The notes under the pieces are model-generated. The model was not told the origin of the DNA, did not search any database, and worked only from the letters and a program-made list of their open reading frames with translations. The position numbers were made by a program, and so were the translations under genes. 64,000 nucleotides of DNA from an uncultured Gammaproteobacteria bacterium (GTDB lineage: Bacteria > Patescibacteriota > Microgenomatia > Levybacterales > GWA1-39-11): NCBI GenBank assembly GCA_964641355.1, contig CAZXND010000002.1:70615-134614 (forward strand). The letters are read 5' to 3'. Every line of letters begins with the position of its first letter. Positions within the stretch are counted from its first letter, which is position 1. Shown here one piece after another: positions 8,720 through 17,924 of the stretch.

Positions 8720-10399
8720 ATGATTAATAAAGTATCAATTGAAAATTTTCGTTCATTAAAGAAGGTCGAGATAGACTTAATCTTACTTCATGCGATTGTT
8801 GGAGAAAATGGCACAGGAAAAACATCTATTCTTGAGGCTATTAACTACGTCACCTCTAGAGAGTATGCATCAAGAAAAATTGACGAACAAGATTTCCACT
8901 CCGATGAGCCAATTCAAATTAAAGTTTATTTTGATAAATATTTTTCCCTTCAAACAAAGGACGGTTATGCTACAAAGAATATTCTCTGTAATGGTGTATT
9001 CCTGAGGGTTAAACGAAGAGAAAAGGCATCACCAGGAAGAGCACTCTCTGATGGCGTTACCATTGAACATTTAGTTATTCCCGTCACATACTCTAATCAA
9101 TCTGAGATTAAAGAAGAATTATTGCCTGAAGGAGTTACGAGAGATTCATTGCCCACCAAACTAGAACGAACAGAACAGGGATTTGAAGCTCCAAGAGCGT
9201 CCAGCAGTAATCCATGGCAAATATCCGCACAGACACTATCATTTAATGGTGGCGACCTTGTTGGGTTTCCTTCAATTTTTTACTTCGACAGATACAGAGA
9301 GTCTGAAGCTAAGATGGGATACAATTCTTTGTTCCAAAAAATATCTAAAGAACTCGATTGGAGATATTTAAAATCGGTCAACTCAACGCAAACTTCCACA
9401 GATTGGGAAACCTACTACAATCCTGTTGTTGAGTCTGTTAAAAGCGAAAAACGAAGCAACATTCTTGACCCAATAAGAAATGATGCGCAACGCATTCTAG
9501 GTAAGGATTTTTCGAATTTTGAAATTGGTCTACATCATCTCAAGCAACCATTTAAACAGTCTTTCTTTTCACTTAGAAATCCAGGCGAGATAACACAAAT
9601 AGAATTTTCAAAAATGGGCTCAGGAGTGTGTACGCTCATTGCATATCTTCTCCTAAAAACAATAAGTAATTTATCAAAACAGGAAGTAGTATTTTTGATT
9701 GACGAGCCAGAAATGCATCTTCACTCTCAGGCAAGAACTGCACTTTTTGAAGAGTTCTTGAACTCAAGTAATCAAATTGTTTATACAACACATTCTGAAT
9801 TTTTTGTTGATTTAACAAATTGGAAAGGCGTATTAAGAATTGACGAAAAAAATAACACATTTCCACTGCCTGAAACTCTAGAAGAAACAATTAATGGTCA
9901 GACTATGCAAGACCATCTTGATGAAATAAAAACCTGGCATCAAGATAAAACAATTTATAATAAAGAAAACAATGAAATATTTTTTGCAAGAAAGGTTATC
10001 TTAACTGAGGGACCAATCGATAAATTTGGCATACGCAGATTTGAAGGTTTAATGGGTATACGGATTACTGACTCAACAATCATAAGCTGCAACGGTAAAA
10101 GTAAAATTCCCTATTACCAACTACTTTGCAAAGCGTTTGGAATTCCCTACTTCACCCTTATAGACTTAGACACTAAAGCTGAAACGGATACTGAAAATAA
10201 ATCGTTAATTGACTGGGTGGAAAACGATGCTTCTGCAAAATTTGAAAATTCTTTCGAAAACTCGCTTGGTATAAATCCAGACACTCATAAAGGGTCAGAA
10301 GTATTGAAGCATATAGAAAGTATTACTTCTAAAGAGACAATTCCGCAGGACATTCGTGAAGCTATTGAGAAGATTCAGTCATGGTCAACCAGCGATTAA
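8720..10399 (+). CDS. OLD-family ATP-dependent nuclease (ABC ATPase + TOPRIM)
   Basis: IENFRS, Walker A GENGTGKT, signature MGSG, Walker B LIDEPEMHLH, H-loop TTHS, TOPRIM TEG..D and DLD. Confidence 0.88.
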   Translation: MINKVSIENFRSLKKVEIDLILLHAIVGENGTGKTSILEAINYVTSREYASRKIDEQDFHSDEPIQIKVYFDKYFSLQTKDGYATKNILCNGVFLRVKRREKASPGRALSDGVTIEHLVIPVTYSNQSEIKEELLPEGVTRDSLPTKLERTEQGFEAPRASSSNPWQISAQTLSFNGGDLVGFPSIFYFDRYRESEAKMGYNSLFQKISKELDWRYLKSVNSTQTSTDWETYYNPVVESVKSEKRSNILDPIRNDAQRILGKDFSNFEIGLHHLKQPFKQSFFSLRNPGEITQIEFSKMGSGVCTLIAYLLLKTISNLSKQEVVFLIDEPEMHLHSQARTALFEEFLNSSNQIVYTTHSEFFVDLTNWKGVLRIDEKNNTFPLPETLEETINGQTMQDHLDEIKTWHQDKTIYNKENNEIFFARKVILTEGPIDKFGIRRFEGLMGIRITDSTIISCNGKSKIPYYQLLCKAFGIPYFTLIDLDTKAETDTENKSLIDWVENDASAKFENSFENSLGINPDTHKGSEVLKHIESITSKETIPQDIREAIEKIQSWSTSD

Positions 10400-10496
10400 T
10401 CCACGTATTTACCACAATAAATTTTGTCTATTGTTAAAATTTTTGTTGCGCGCTAGTATTGTGGGGATTATGAAAATTAACGTTAATTCTTCTGTC

Positions 10497-10967
10497 TTAG
10501 AAATGCGGGAATTTCTTCATCAATCTCTTTTCAAAAATAACTAGAGAGTTGAGGGGATCTTCTATAAATTTCCACTCTTCTTTTTTACCCTTTTTAGAGA
10601 GTAAGGTTTTAACATGTCTTTCGTGACTCTTAAATTTAGATAAAATTTTCCCTGAAAGCACTTTATCATTTGAAATGCTAACACTCGCTATTTCTCCAAC
10701 AAGAGTTGAGTAACGAAGAGCAGAAGAATAAAAAAGGTCATACTTTTTATTCTCGGTAATATATCTAAGCTCCTTTAGCCTACTATCTAAAAGAGAGAGT
10801 CTGTATAAAATACTACTTTTTACTCCAGGCTGAATCCCCAGAATAACTTTTTCTTCAAGTCTTTTTACCAAAAAAAGAGGTGAATCAGGCATCGTGCTAA
10901 GAGAAAAAAGAAGGAAAAAAGAAATAAATAAGATCAAGGCAAAAAGTCCAAAAATTATCTTTTTCAT
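10497..10967 (-). CDS. DUF5667-like membrane-anchored helical protein
   Basis: TM anchor followed by PDSPLF..KRL.EK...L...RL.E, recalled as the DUF5667 pattern. Confidence 0.7.
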   Translation of the reverse strand: MKKIIFGLFALILFISFFLLFSLSTMPDSPLFLVKRLEEKVILGIQPGVKSSILYRLSLLDSRLKELRYITENKKYDLFYSSALRYSTLVGEIASVSISNDKVLSGKILSKFKSHERHVKTLLSKKGKKEEWKFIEDPLNSLVIFEKRLMKKFPHF

Positions 10968-11005
10968 ACAACAATTATACTTTATGAATTTTAAAAGTCA
11001 CGAAA

Positions 11006-12526
11006 TTATTTTTGTTTTACTATATTCAAAACTACACCCTTACGCTTAACTTCATACACCACTTTCCCATCTTGTTCATTATTCTTTCCCCAACGAGTAA
11101 AACAATATCTAATTTTTGCTTTTTCATTATTTATCTCCATTTGAGATCCAAGATATGGTATGGCCAAATGGGGTATACATGGGAAGACGTATAATTTTTT
11201 ATCCTTCTTAGTTTTATTGTCTTTTATCCAATCAGTTGCTTCTTTAAAAGTTGCTCCCCAATAGTCAGTCTCAAATTTGTTATGCGCATTCTCTAGTCCC
11301 CCAACAAGCGAATTAAAGTATATGTATTGATAAGGATGAAGAAACACCATTTCTCTTGCTATAAAAATCGCACCAAGTAATAGAATTAAAAAAGACATAT
11401 ATCTAATAATTTTTCCAGACTTAATCAGAGAAAAAACACCAAGAGCAGAAATTATTACAATTGGACCTGATAAAAATAGAAACTGTCTCCAAGCATCATA
11501 AATCACGGGTTTTTTGAAGAAAATTAAAATAAGAGGGACAAAGAAAATGAGCAGTAAATAGCTATACAAAAGCTTTAAAGAAAGGTTCTCTTTAAATATT
11601 GAATAAATCAAATAGACAACCCCGATGGCAAAAAAAAGCAATGTTACAAGTGGGGTGGTTATAGTAATCCACGTAGGTAAATAATACCAAGGAATCGATT
11701 CTGGATTGTACATAATTCCTTGAAATAAAATTGCACCGGGATATGGATACTTCTCAGATGCTGAGATGATATTCAAAATTTCTAATGGTTTTAATAAAAG
11801 ATAAGGCGAAGAAAGATAAAATAATACAACAAAAGTAGAAAAGGTGACAGCTTGAAATTTTAAATATTTTTTAAAAGATTGCGTAAGGACTGATTGAATA
11901 AGCGAAATCACTAAAAAGATCAAATAAATATATAAGAGTGCAGGACGTAGCGATACAACAAGCGCAAAAAGCATTCCAATGACTATAGAAGTTGAAATCT
12001 TTTGCTCGGAAAAATATTTAATAGAAAAATAGATTGTTGGAAGTAACAAAACTGCAGCCCCGATATCTTTGCTATTTGTGAAAATATCTCCATAAAAACG
12101 AGGCATAAAAAGAAGGAAGAAAAAAGATACTGTTGATGCCGTATAGCTTTTTGTAATAAGTAACACTAGTTTATAAATAAAGTAAAACCCAAGTAGAGAA
12201 AATAGTGCTAAAAAAAGATGATAGTATTCAATACTGTTTAGACTTAGTGATTGCAAGAGACTTGTTCGAGTTATCTCAAGAATTGAACCGTGAGTTAGAA
12301 AAAATTCCGGCTCAATAGATAGTTTTAGAAAAGAAGTATCTCTACCAAATGATGCATAAAACAATAAAGTATTTTTCCCAAGAGCTAAAACATCTTGCTC
12401 ATCAAATGTTGTTCCGTAGTTAGAAAATGTGAAAACTATCAGAAGAAAAATTATCGCAAGTAAAATAAATATTAACTTCCTTTGAAGAAATTGAAGTTTT
12501 GAGTCATTCTTTTTCGATTTAACCAC
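11006..12526 (-). CDS. GT-C fold glycosyltransferase (PMT/ArnT-like)
   Basis: Polytopic; acidic DE in the first external loop (TFDEQ); N.KD, PWYY, YD..R and FETDYWG motifs. Confidence 0.8.
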   Translation of the reverse strand: MVKSKKNDSKLQFLQRKLIFILLAIIFLLIVFTFSNYGTTFDEQDVLALGKNTLLFYASFGRDTSFLKLSIEPEFFLTHGSILEITRTSLLQSLSLNSIEYYHLFLALFSLLGFYFIYKLVLLITKSYTASTVSFFFLLFMPRFYGDIFTNSKDIGAAVLLLPTIYFSIKYFSEQKISTSIVIGMLFALVVSLRPALLYIYLIFLVISLIQSVLTQSFKKYLKFQAVTFSTFVVLFYLSSPYLLLKPLEILNIISASEKYPYPGAILFQGIMYNPESIPWYYLPTWITITTPLVTLLFFAIGVVYLIYSIFKENLSLKLLYSYLLLIFFVPLILIFFKKPVIYDAWRQFLFLSGPIVIISALGVFSLIKSGKIIRYMSFLILLLGAIFIAREMVFLHPYQYIYFNSLVGGLENAHNKFETDYWGATFKEATDWIKDNKTKKDKKLYVFPCIPHLAIPYLGSQMEINNEKAKIRYCFTRWGKNNEQDGKVVYEVKRKGVVLNIVKQK

Positions 12527-12572
12527 AATAATATCTATTAAATTTTATCTATATAAAAAACTAAAACTTAAA

Positions 12573-12584
12573 GCCTGGCCAGGC
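12573..12584 (-). terminator. Possible weak intrinsic terminator or palindromic site
   Basis: Perfect GC-rich palindrome GCCTGGCCAGGC followed on the minus strand by TTTAAGTTTT, just after the 12604 stop. Confidence 0.25.
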
Positions 12585-12603
12585 GCTAACACTTCAGAAA
12601 AAT

Positions 12604-12798
12604 TTATCTTCTCTTTTTCCCAGCTAGAAGGTGGTAAGCAAGTATTACTGCTGCCCCTCCGAATACAACTACGTTAACGGCTGTTGCTAATGTTCCAAAA
12701 AATTGATTTACCAAATTAACTCCGGAAAACTCTTCGTAAGCAATAACTAATCCACCAAGTATAAGTGCCCATTGAGCGACTACTACTAAATTTTTCAA
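12604..12798 (-). CDS. Small two-TM membrane protein (DUF378/YuzA-like)
   Basis: 64 aa with an NLV..FFG core; strong SD GGAGGTGA (12812-12805) 6 nt before the TTG start. Confidence 0.65.
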   Translation of the reverse strand: MKNLVVVAQWALILGGLVIAYEEFSGVNLVNQFFGTLATAVNVVVFGGAAVILAYHLLAGKKRR

Positions 12799-12980
12799 GT
12801 TATTTCACCTCCCTTCGAAAGAAACGCACCCATATAGCGAACCACTTTTCTTGTTATTTGTCAACGATCCTATAACCTACCGTTTAGCTCTGTAAAAAAA
12901 TAAAAAATTATGTGATAGTTATTTTACATTAATCACTTATCAGGTTTGCGTTTTTCTAAAAAAAAGTTTACAAATTATCT

Positions 12981-13271
12981 ATGGATCAAAAAAACAAACA
13001 AGACATATCAAGCCCAACTAATCAGGCATTAAATACTAATGCAGCAGTCGCGCCCAATAATGAAGGATCAAGATCGCAGGACCAAACACGGGAAGTCATG
13101 ATAGAAAAAAAAGAAGAAGAGGAGATGGAAGAATATAAAGAAGAAAAGCCAAAGGAAGATTTTGAAAGTTGGAGAATAAATAAAAGGGTCGATGCAAAAA
13201 TCTGGCAGTTAGTAATCGGATTTATTATCGCACTTCTTGCATTTATTGCCTGGAGTCAAATATTTTCATAA
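12981..13271 (+). CDS. Hypothetical protein with C-terminal TM anchor
   Basis: Polar/acidic low-complexity N-terminus and a single hydrophobic helix at the extreme C-terminus. Confidence 0.6.
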   Translation: MDQKNKQDISSPTNQALNTNAAVAPNNEGSRSQDQTREVMIEKKEEEEMEEYKEEKPKEDFESWRINKRVDAKIWQLVIGFIIALLAFIAWSQIFS

Positions 13272-13315
13272 TATTTATATCTTCAATAACAACTTATAAG
13301 TGATATAATTTCTGC

Positions 13316-14608
13316 GTGTTATTTTTTTTCTTCCTCCTCTATCTACTATTCCCCCAAAAAGCTTATGCCCAGATACAGGAAATCCAACATGTTATTTCTA
13401 CGGGACAAAGTCTTGCGCAGGGGGCGGCAGGATATCCATCACTATCCAAAACTCAAAAATACGACAATATAATGCTAAGTGGTGGAAAACCACTCTCAAA
13501 TCTTAAAGATATAGAAAATGCCAACTTCACACCTCTTATTGAGGGAGGGGAGGAGTCAATAAGCTCAGGACTAGCCAACTATGTAGCTAAAAATAGTAAA
13601 GACAGAAAATTTCAAATTGAAATAAATGCTAACGGGTGGGGTGGAAGAAGCTACTCACTTATAAAAATAGGCACAGAGCCTTTTACATATAATATAAAGG
13701 AGGTAGAAAGATCTAAGTATCTTGCTGAAAATGAAGGAAAAAAATACAAAGTTACCGCAATAACACTAATACATGGAGAAGCCGATGATGATCTTTATAG
13801 AGTTGGGGACACATGCCCGAACTATCAAAAGAATCTTTTAGAATTGCAGAAAGATTATAATAGCGAAATCAAAAAAATTACTGGTCAAAGTGAAAATATC
13901 CCTCTTTTTACAGATCAGCTAAGCTCGTATTCCTCTCGAGCGAAGTCTCCATGTGTAACTCTTGCACAACTCATAGCTTCTAAGGTAGAACCAAAAAAAA
14001 TTATACTCGTTGGTCCCAAATATTTCCTCACTTATCAAGGTGACAGTCCACATCTAAACAATTATGGCTATCGACTGCTTGGAGAATATTATGGCAAGGT
14101 TTATAAAAAAGTTATTATAGACAAAAAAAAGTGGACACCTCTATCCCCCAGCTCTATAACGCGGAAAGGAAGAACAATCACCTTAGATCTTTTTGTTCCA
14201 AAACCACCAATCGTAATTGATTTTGAAAGAGTAAAAAAACAAAAAAATTTTGGGTTTGAGTTTTTTAGTCCAAATCTCGAAATAGGAATAAAAAGTGTTA
14301 AGATAATTTCTCCAACTAAAATAGAGATAAAACTAGATAAACTTCCTAAAGCAAAAGTAGAAAAACTACGCTATGCTTACTCAGCGATATTGGGATCAAG
14401 TTCGGGAGCTACTCCATCCGGATCTCCTCGAGGCAATATAAGAGACAGTGATATCGGAAATTCTCTTTATAAAACTCCCTTATATAATTGGCTCGTTCAC
14501 TTTGATGAGCCCATCAAAGTCTTGTCAGAAGAAGAAACCATACAAGAGAAATCTGAGAGTTTTATAACCAATTTTGAAGAGAAAATAGGATTTAAGCTGT
14601 TTAACTAA
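13316..14608 (+). CDS. Secreted SGNH/SASA-like carbohydrate O-acetylesterase
   Basis: Signal peptide (AYA), GQSL nucleophile motif, HGEAD block and D.PHL catalytic His. Confidence 0.7.
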   Translation: MLFFFFLLYLLFPQKAYAQIQEIQHVISTGQSLAQGAAGYPSLSKTQKYDNIMLSGGKPLSNLKDIENANFTPLIEGGEESISSGLANYVAKNSKDRKFQIEINANGWGGRSYSLIKIGTEPFTYNIKEVERSKYLAENEGKKYKVTAITLIHGEADDDLYRVGDTCPNYQKNLLELQKDYNSEIKKITGQSENIPLFTDQLSSYSSRAKSPCVTLAQLIASKVEPKKIILVGPKYFLTYQGDSPHLNNYGYRLLGEYYGKVYKKVIIDKKKWTPLSPSSITRKGRTITLDLFVPKPPIVIDFERVKKQKNFGFEFFSPNLEIGIKSVKIISPTKIEIKLDKLPKAKVEKLRYAYSAILGSSSGATPSGSPRGNIRDSDIGNSLYKTPLYNWLVHFDEPIKVLSEEETIQEKSESFITNFEEKIGFKLFN

Positions 14609-14626
14609 ACTTTGATGTTAGACCTT

Positions 14627-14688
14627 AAAAAAGACGTAGTCTTTATTTTAAAAACTTAAAATTTAAAAAAAGACGTAGTCTTTATTTT
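14627..14688. repeat. 23-bp direct repeat (39-bp period) duplicating the recO 3' end
   Basis: AAAAAAGACGTAGTCTTTATTTT at 14627-14649 and 14666-14688. Each copy contains the hairpin AAAGAC-GTA-GTCTTT. Confidence 0.9.
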
Positions 14689-15192
14689 CTTTTCAATTAT
14701 TCTTTCTATAAAAATTGAAAGCTCTTCATTACTTCTAAATTTATCCCGACTATCCCAAAACCCAAGACTTGCTAACATTTTAGTTTGAAAATCAAGCATT
14801 TCCTCATCTCTATCATCTCTATTAAAATTATTTAAAGTTGCCTCTACAAGGGAAAATACTTCAAAGTTTTTCTGTTCGCTTGCACAAAGCGAATTTATAA
14901 GTTCGCAAATAAGAAACATTTTACCGATGTGCTTCATCTCATTTCTGATGTTAGAAAACGTATTTACCACTTCTACTTCTGTGAGAATATGGTTTCTTTT
15001 TGTTTTTGTTGTTTGAAAACGTATAAGATTAAGCAGTTCTATGTGAGGAGCACGTCTTGAGTTAATCCTTCTTACCCCTTTTGCCAAAACTTCTATCTTT
15101 CCATGATCTTGAGTAAAAAGAGTAAGATAACGATCAGATTCTCCAAGATTGACTCTTTTAATTACAAACCCCGTATCTTTGAGGTAAATCAT
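14656..15192 (-). CDS. recO: DNA repair protein RecO (short form)
   Basis: GE.DR.LT.FT..HGKI...AKGVR...SRR N-terminal OB-fold signature. Confidence 0.9.
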   Translation of the reverse strand: MIYLKDTGFVIKRVNLGESDRYLTLFTQDHGKIEVLAKGVRRINSRRAPHIELLNLIRFQTTKTKRNHILTEVEVVNTFSNIRNEMKHIGKMFLICELINSLCASEQKNFEVFSLVEATLNNFNRDDRDEEMLDFQTKMLASLGFWDSRDKFRSNEELSIFIERIIEKKIKTTSFFKF

Positions 15193-15199
15193 ATTGAAG

Positions 15200-17191
15200 T
15201 TAGAGACTTAATTTAAGCTCTTTATCAGATCTTAGCTCAAAAGTCTCTTTTAATTTTCCATTTACATAAATCTCATATGAGGACTTCTCTGTTCCAGGTT
15301 GTTTTTGAATATATACAGGAAGAGGCGAACCTGATTTTAGCTTGAATGGGAGCTTGTAGGTATACGTGATTTCACTCTTTCCGAGAGGATTAACAGTAAA
15401 GAACGATTCAAACATTGTTTTACCAAGCTCTTTCTTTGTCTCAACTTTCACTTCCGAACCTTTTGAAGTTGTAAGAGAAGATCCCTGCGGAACATAAACT
15501 CTTTGAAAGTCACGAAGTGTTGCATTAAGACAAAGTCCTCCCCTTTCTAAATTACAGTCTGAGTGAGGTTGAGGATTGCGGTATGTAATAGTAACTGTTT
15601 TTGTAATTTCTCCGTTTGATGAAACATTATAATCCATTTTTACAGCTTGCGTAACAAACATATTTGCTTTTGCTCCAGCGAAATTAGCATCGTTAATATG
15701 AATATAGTCACCATCAAATGGAAGAACTCTACCTCCCCAATTTAGAGCTTCTATTCCCTTTTGAGCCTCCGAATCTTTAAGATAGAAAAGAATATGCTTT
15801 TCTTGGATATCCTTAATTCCACTTTGGAAAAGTCTCCCCCAATAAAGTTTTGGCGATGAAGAAAGAGATTTTTGCATAATTGCGTAAAGAAGCTCTCCTA
15901 AAATTCCCTTTCTATTCTCTCGTACTCCCTGAACAGGCTTATCAACATAAGACTCAAGTTCATAAACAACCTGAGGACAGTTACAACGAGGATCTATATC
16001 TGATTTAAAAGTAACTCCCCCTGCTTCAACTGGACCTAATATCTTAAGTATGTTTACAAGAACCTGAGTATCTATCGCAATAATTCCATCATATTTTTTC
16101 TCACCATTAGAATCAGCATATAAGGCCTCGAAATTCTTCATAGAAGATTTGAAGTCAGGAGATAAGTTGCTATCACGGATATTGGATGTATAAACCTTAG
16201 GAAGATATTTAAGTATTATCGGATCTGCTTTGGGATGACTTCTAATACTTGCATCCAAAGTATAAATATCAGATGAACTATCAGCGCTCACTATTCCCTG
16301 ATCGACTCTAAAAATAGAATAAAATGTTATAAATCCACCGGTAGGCCGAAGCTCTTTGTCGTTTTGGAATATAACAAGATACTTTTTTTCTTTTGATTCA
16401 CCCAAAAGCTCAGGTAAAACCTTAATAAGAGGCTTTCCCTGATCAACAGCAAGTACTCCTTGATCCGTTGCATCTTTTATGTTTTGGATTTGATTTCTAA
16501 TCCTTTTAAAAACCCAAAAATTGGGATAGCGATTAGGGTCTACTTGATCTACTTCTGTTTTTGCTTTCTTTAGTTCTACTTCGATCTTATCGATCGCAGG
16601 AACAACTTTTCCCATTGTTTTAACAGCAAGCTTAATCCTATCTTGAGCCGAACCCATAACAAAACTGTGTCCTCCTTTAAGTCCGAGTACATCTGCGTAA
16701 GGGATGAGTGACTCAGTCGCAACTATTGCACTATCAACTCCATAAGAAGAAGCTCTTACTAGATGAACCGCATCGCCATAGTAAGACCCAGCAAGTGGAA
16801 CAAATCTAACAAAAGAGATAGTCGAAAGGTCATCATCTAAGTTCTCAAGGCTCGTTTTGGTTTTATTTAATTCTTCCTTTAGAGTTAGGACATTTTGCCC
16901 CTTTGCAGAAGAATATGCGGCCTTTGCTTGTTTATAACTTGATTGTGCATCAACATAAATTCTTCTTACCTTTATTCCTAAAAAGATTCCAATAACTAAA
17001 GCAAAAAACAAAAATACTCCAAAACCAGTAAGAAACCTTTTATTTTTAACAAACTTAAATCTATTTTTGAAAGATTTTGAATTCATGGGTGAATGAGATG
17101 GAACCGCATCCATTTTACTATTACTAGGTTGTGTATCTTTAATCTCAATTTTTTTAAATCCGGTGTCGTCCATTGGGCATGTATCAAACAA
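15200..17191 (-). CDS. DUF4012 domain membrane-anchored protein
   Basis: YLVIFQN..ELRPTGGF, RDSN.SPDF, DGIIAID, N..G.KAN and QKQPG motifs. Confidence 0.85.
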   Translation of the reverse strand: MFDTCPMDDTGFKKIEIKDTQPSNSKMDAVPSHSPMNSKSFKNRFKFVKNKRFLTGFGVFLFFALVIGIFLGIKVRRIYVDAQSSYKQAKAAYSSAKGQNVLTLKEELNKTKTSLENLDDDLSTISFVRFVPLAGSYYGDAVHLVRASSYGVDSAIVATESLIPYADVLGLKGGHSFVMGSAQDRIKLAVKTMGKVVPAIDKIEVELKKAKTEVDQVDPNRYPNFWVFKRIRNQIQNIKDATDQGVLAVDQGKPLIKVLPELLGESKEKKYLVIFQNDKELRPTGGFITFYSIFRVDQGIVSADSSSDIYTLDASIRSHPKADPIILKYLPKVYTSNIRDSNLSPDFKSSMKNFEALYADSNGEKKYDGIIAIDTQVLVNILKILGPVEAGGVTFKSDIDPRCNCPQVVYELESYVDKPVQGVRENRKGILGELLYAIMQKSLSSSPKLYWGRLFQSGIKDIQEKHILFYLKDSEAQKGIEALNWGGRVLPFDGDYIHINDANFAGAKANMFVTQAVKMDYNVSSNGEITKTVTITYRNPQPHSDCNLERGGLCLNATLRDFQRVYVPQGSSLTTSKGSEVKVETKKELGKTMFESFFTVNPLGKSEITYTYKLPFKLKSGSPLPVYIQKQPGTEKSSYEIYVNGKLKETFELRSDKELKLSL

Positions 17192-17262
17192 AAAAACACA
17201 AAGGATTCTTTGCCTGATATTAATAATTTAAACACAAAATAAAATATAAAGTCAAATAAATA

Positions 17263-17901
17263 CTACATCGCTCCCTTACCTGAGAGCATAGCAAATGGGG
17301 TACGAGCTATTATCCATAGATCGTAAAAAATTGAACGCTTCTTTGCATATGAAGCATCAAGCTGAATCCTCTTATCAAAATTTATTTCACTTCTTCCGGT
17401 AACTTGCCATACACCTGTAATACCTGGTTTTATCGAAAGTACAATCTTAACTGCATCTTTCGTATTTGGGTACTTTACCTGTTGTTCTCGAAGCTCATCA
17501 AGATAATAGGCCCTAGGACCCACAATGCTCATCTCCCCCCTAAGGACATTGAAGAATTGAGGTAGTTCATCAAGCGAATACTTCCTGATAAATTTTCCCA
17601 CTCCAGTAATTCTCGGGTCTCGCCTTAATTTATAACCACTTTTTTTGTATTGTTCATATAACTTAGCAAATTCAGGATCAGTCGTTAAAAGTTCATGAGC
17701 ATTCTTCACCATAGAACGAAACTTATACATCCTAAAAAGTTTTCCATTCTTACCAACTCGAGAAGGAGTATCCGCTAAGATAGGACCGGAGGAATTTAAT
17801 TTAATAGCTATAATTGTAAGAATAAATATTGGAGAAAAGAAGGTTATAAGGGTAATAGATAAAATAATATCAAGCAATCTTTTTGCAAGAATGTATAGCA
17901 T
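17263..17901 (-). CDS. Initiating phosphoglycosyl transferase (Bac_transf, WbaP/WcaJ C-terminal-like)
   Basis: KR..D, KFRSM, DPRIT.VG..IRK.SLDELPQ..NV..GEMS.VGPR and PGITG.WQV.GR motifs. Confidence 0.92.
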   Translation of the reverse strand: MLYILAKRLLDIILSITLITFFSPIFILTIIAIKLNSSGPILADTPSRVGKNGKLFRMYKFRSMVKNAHELLTTDPEFAKLYEQYKKSGYKLRRDPRITGVGKFIRKYSLDELPQFFNVLRGEMSIVGPRAYYLDELREQQVKYPNTKDAVKIVLSIKPGITGVWQVTGRSEINFDKRIQLDASYAKKRSIFYDLWIIARTPFAMLSGKGAM

Positions 17902-17924
17902 ATGAATATTGTAACAGAAAGAGT

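Noticed and set aside
10397-10490. Integron attC site after the OLD gene
   Set aside because: It lacks proper RYYYAAC and GTTRRRY ends, and there is no integrase or second cassette.
8567-10496. Gabija, retron or PARIS system around the OLD gene
   Set aside because: No UvrD helicase, reverse transcriptase or second partner gene is adjacent, and no convincing msr/msd structure was seen.
14627-14688. Mini CRISPR array
   Set aside because: Only two copies with a 16-bp gap, one copy is recO coding sequence, and there are no cas genes.
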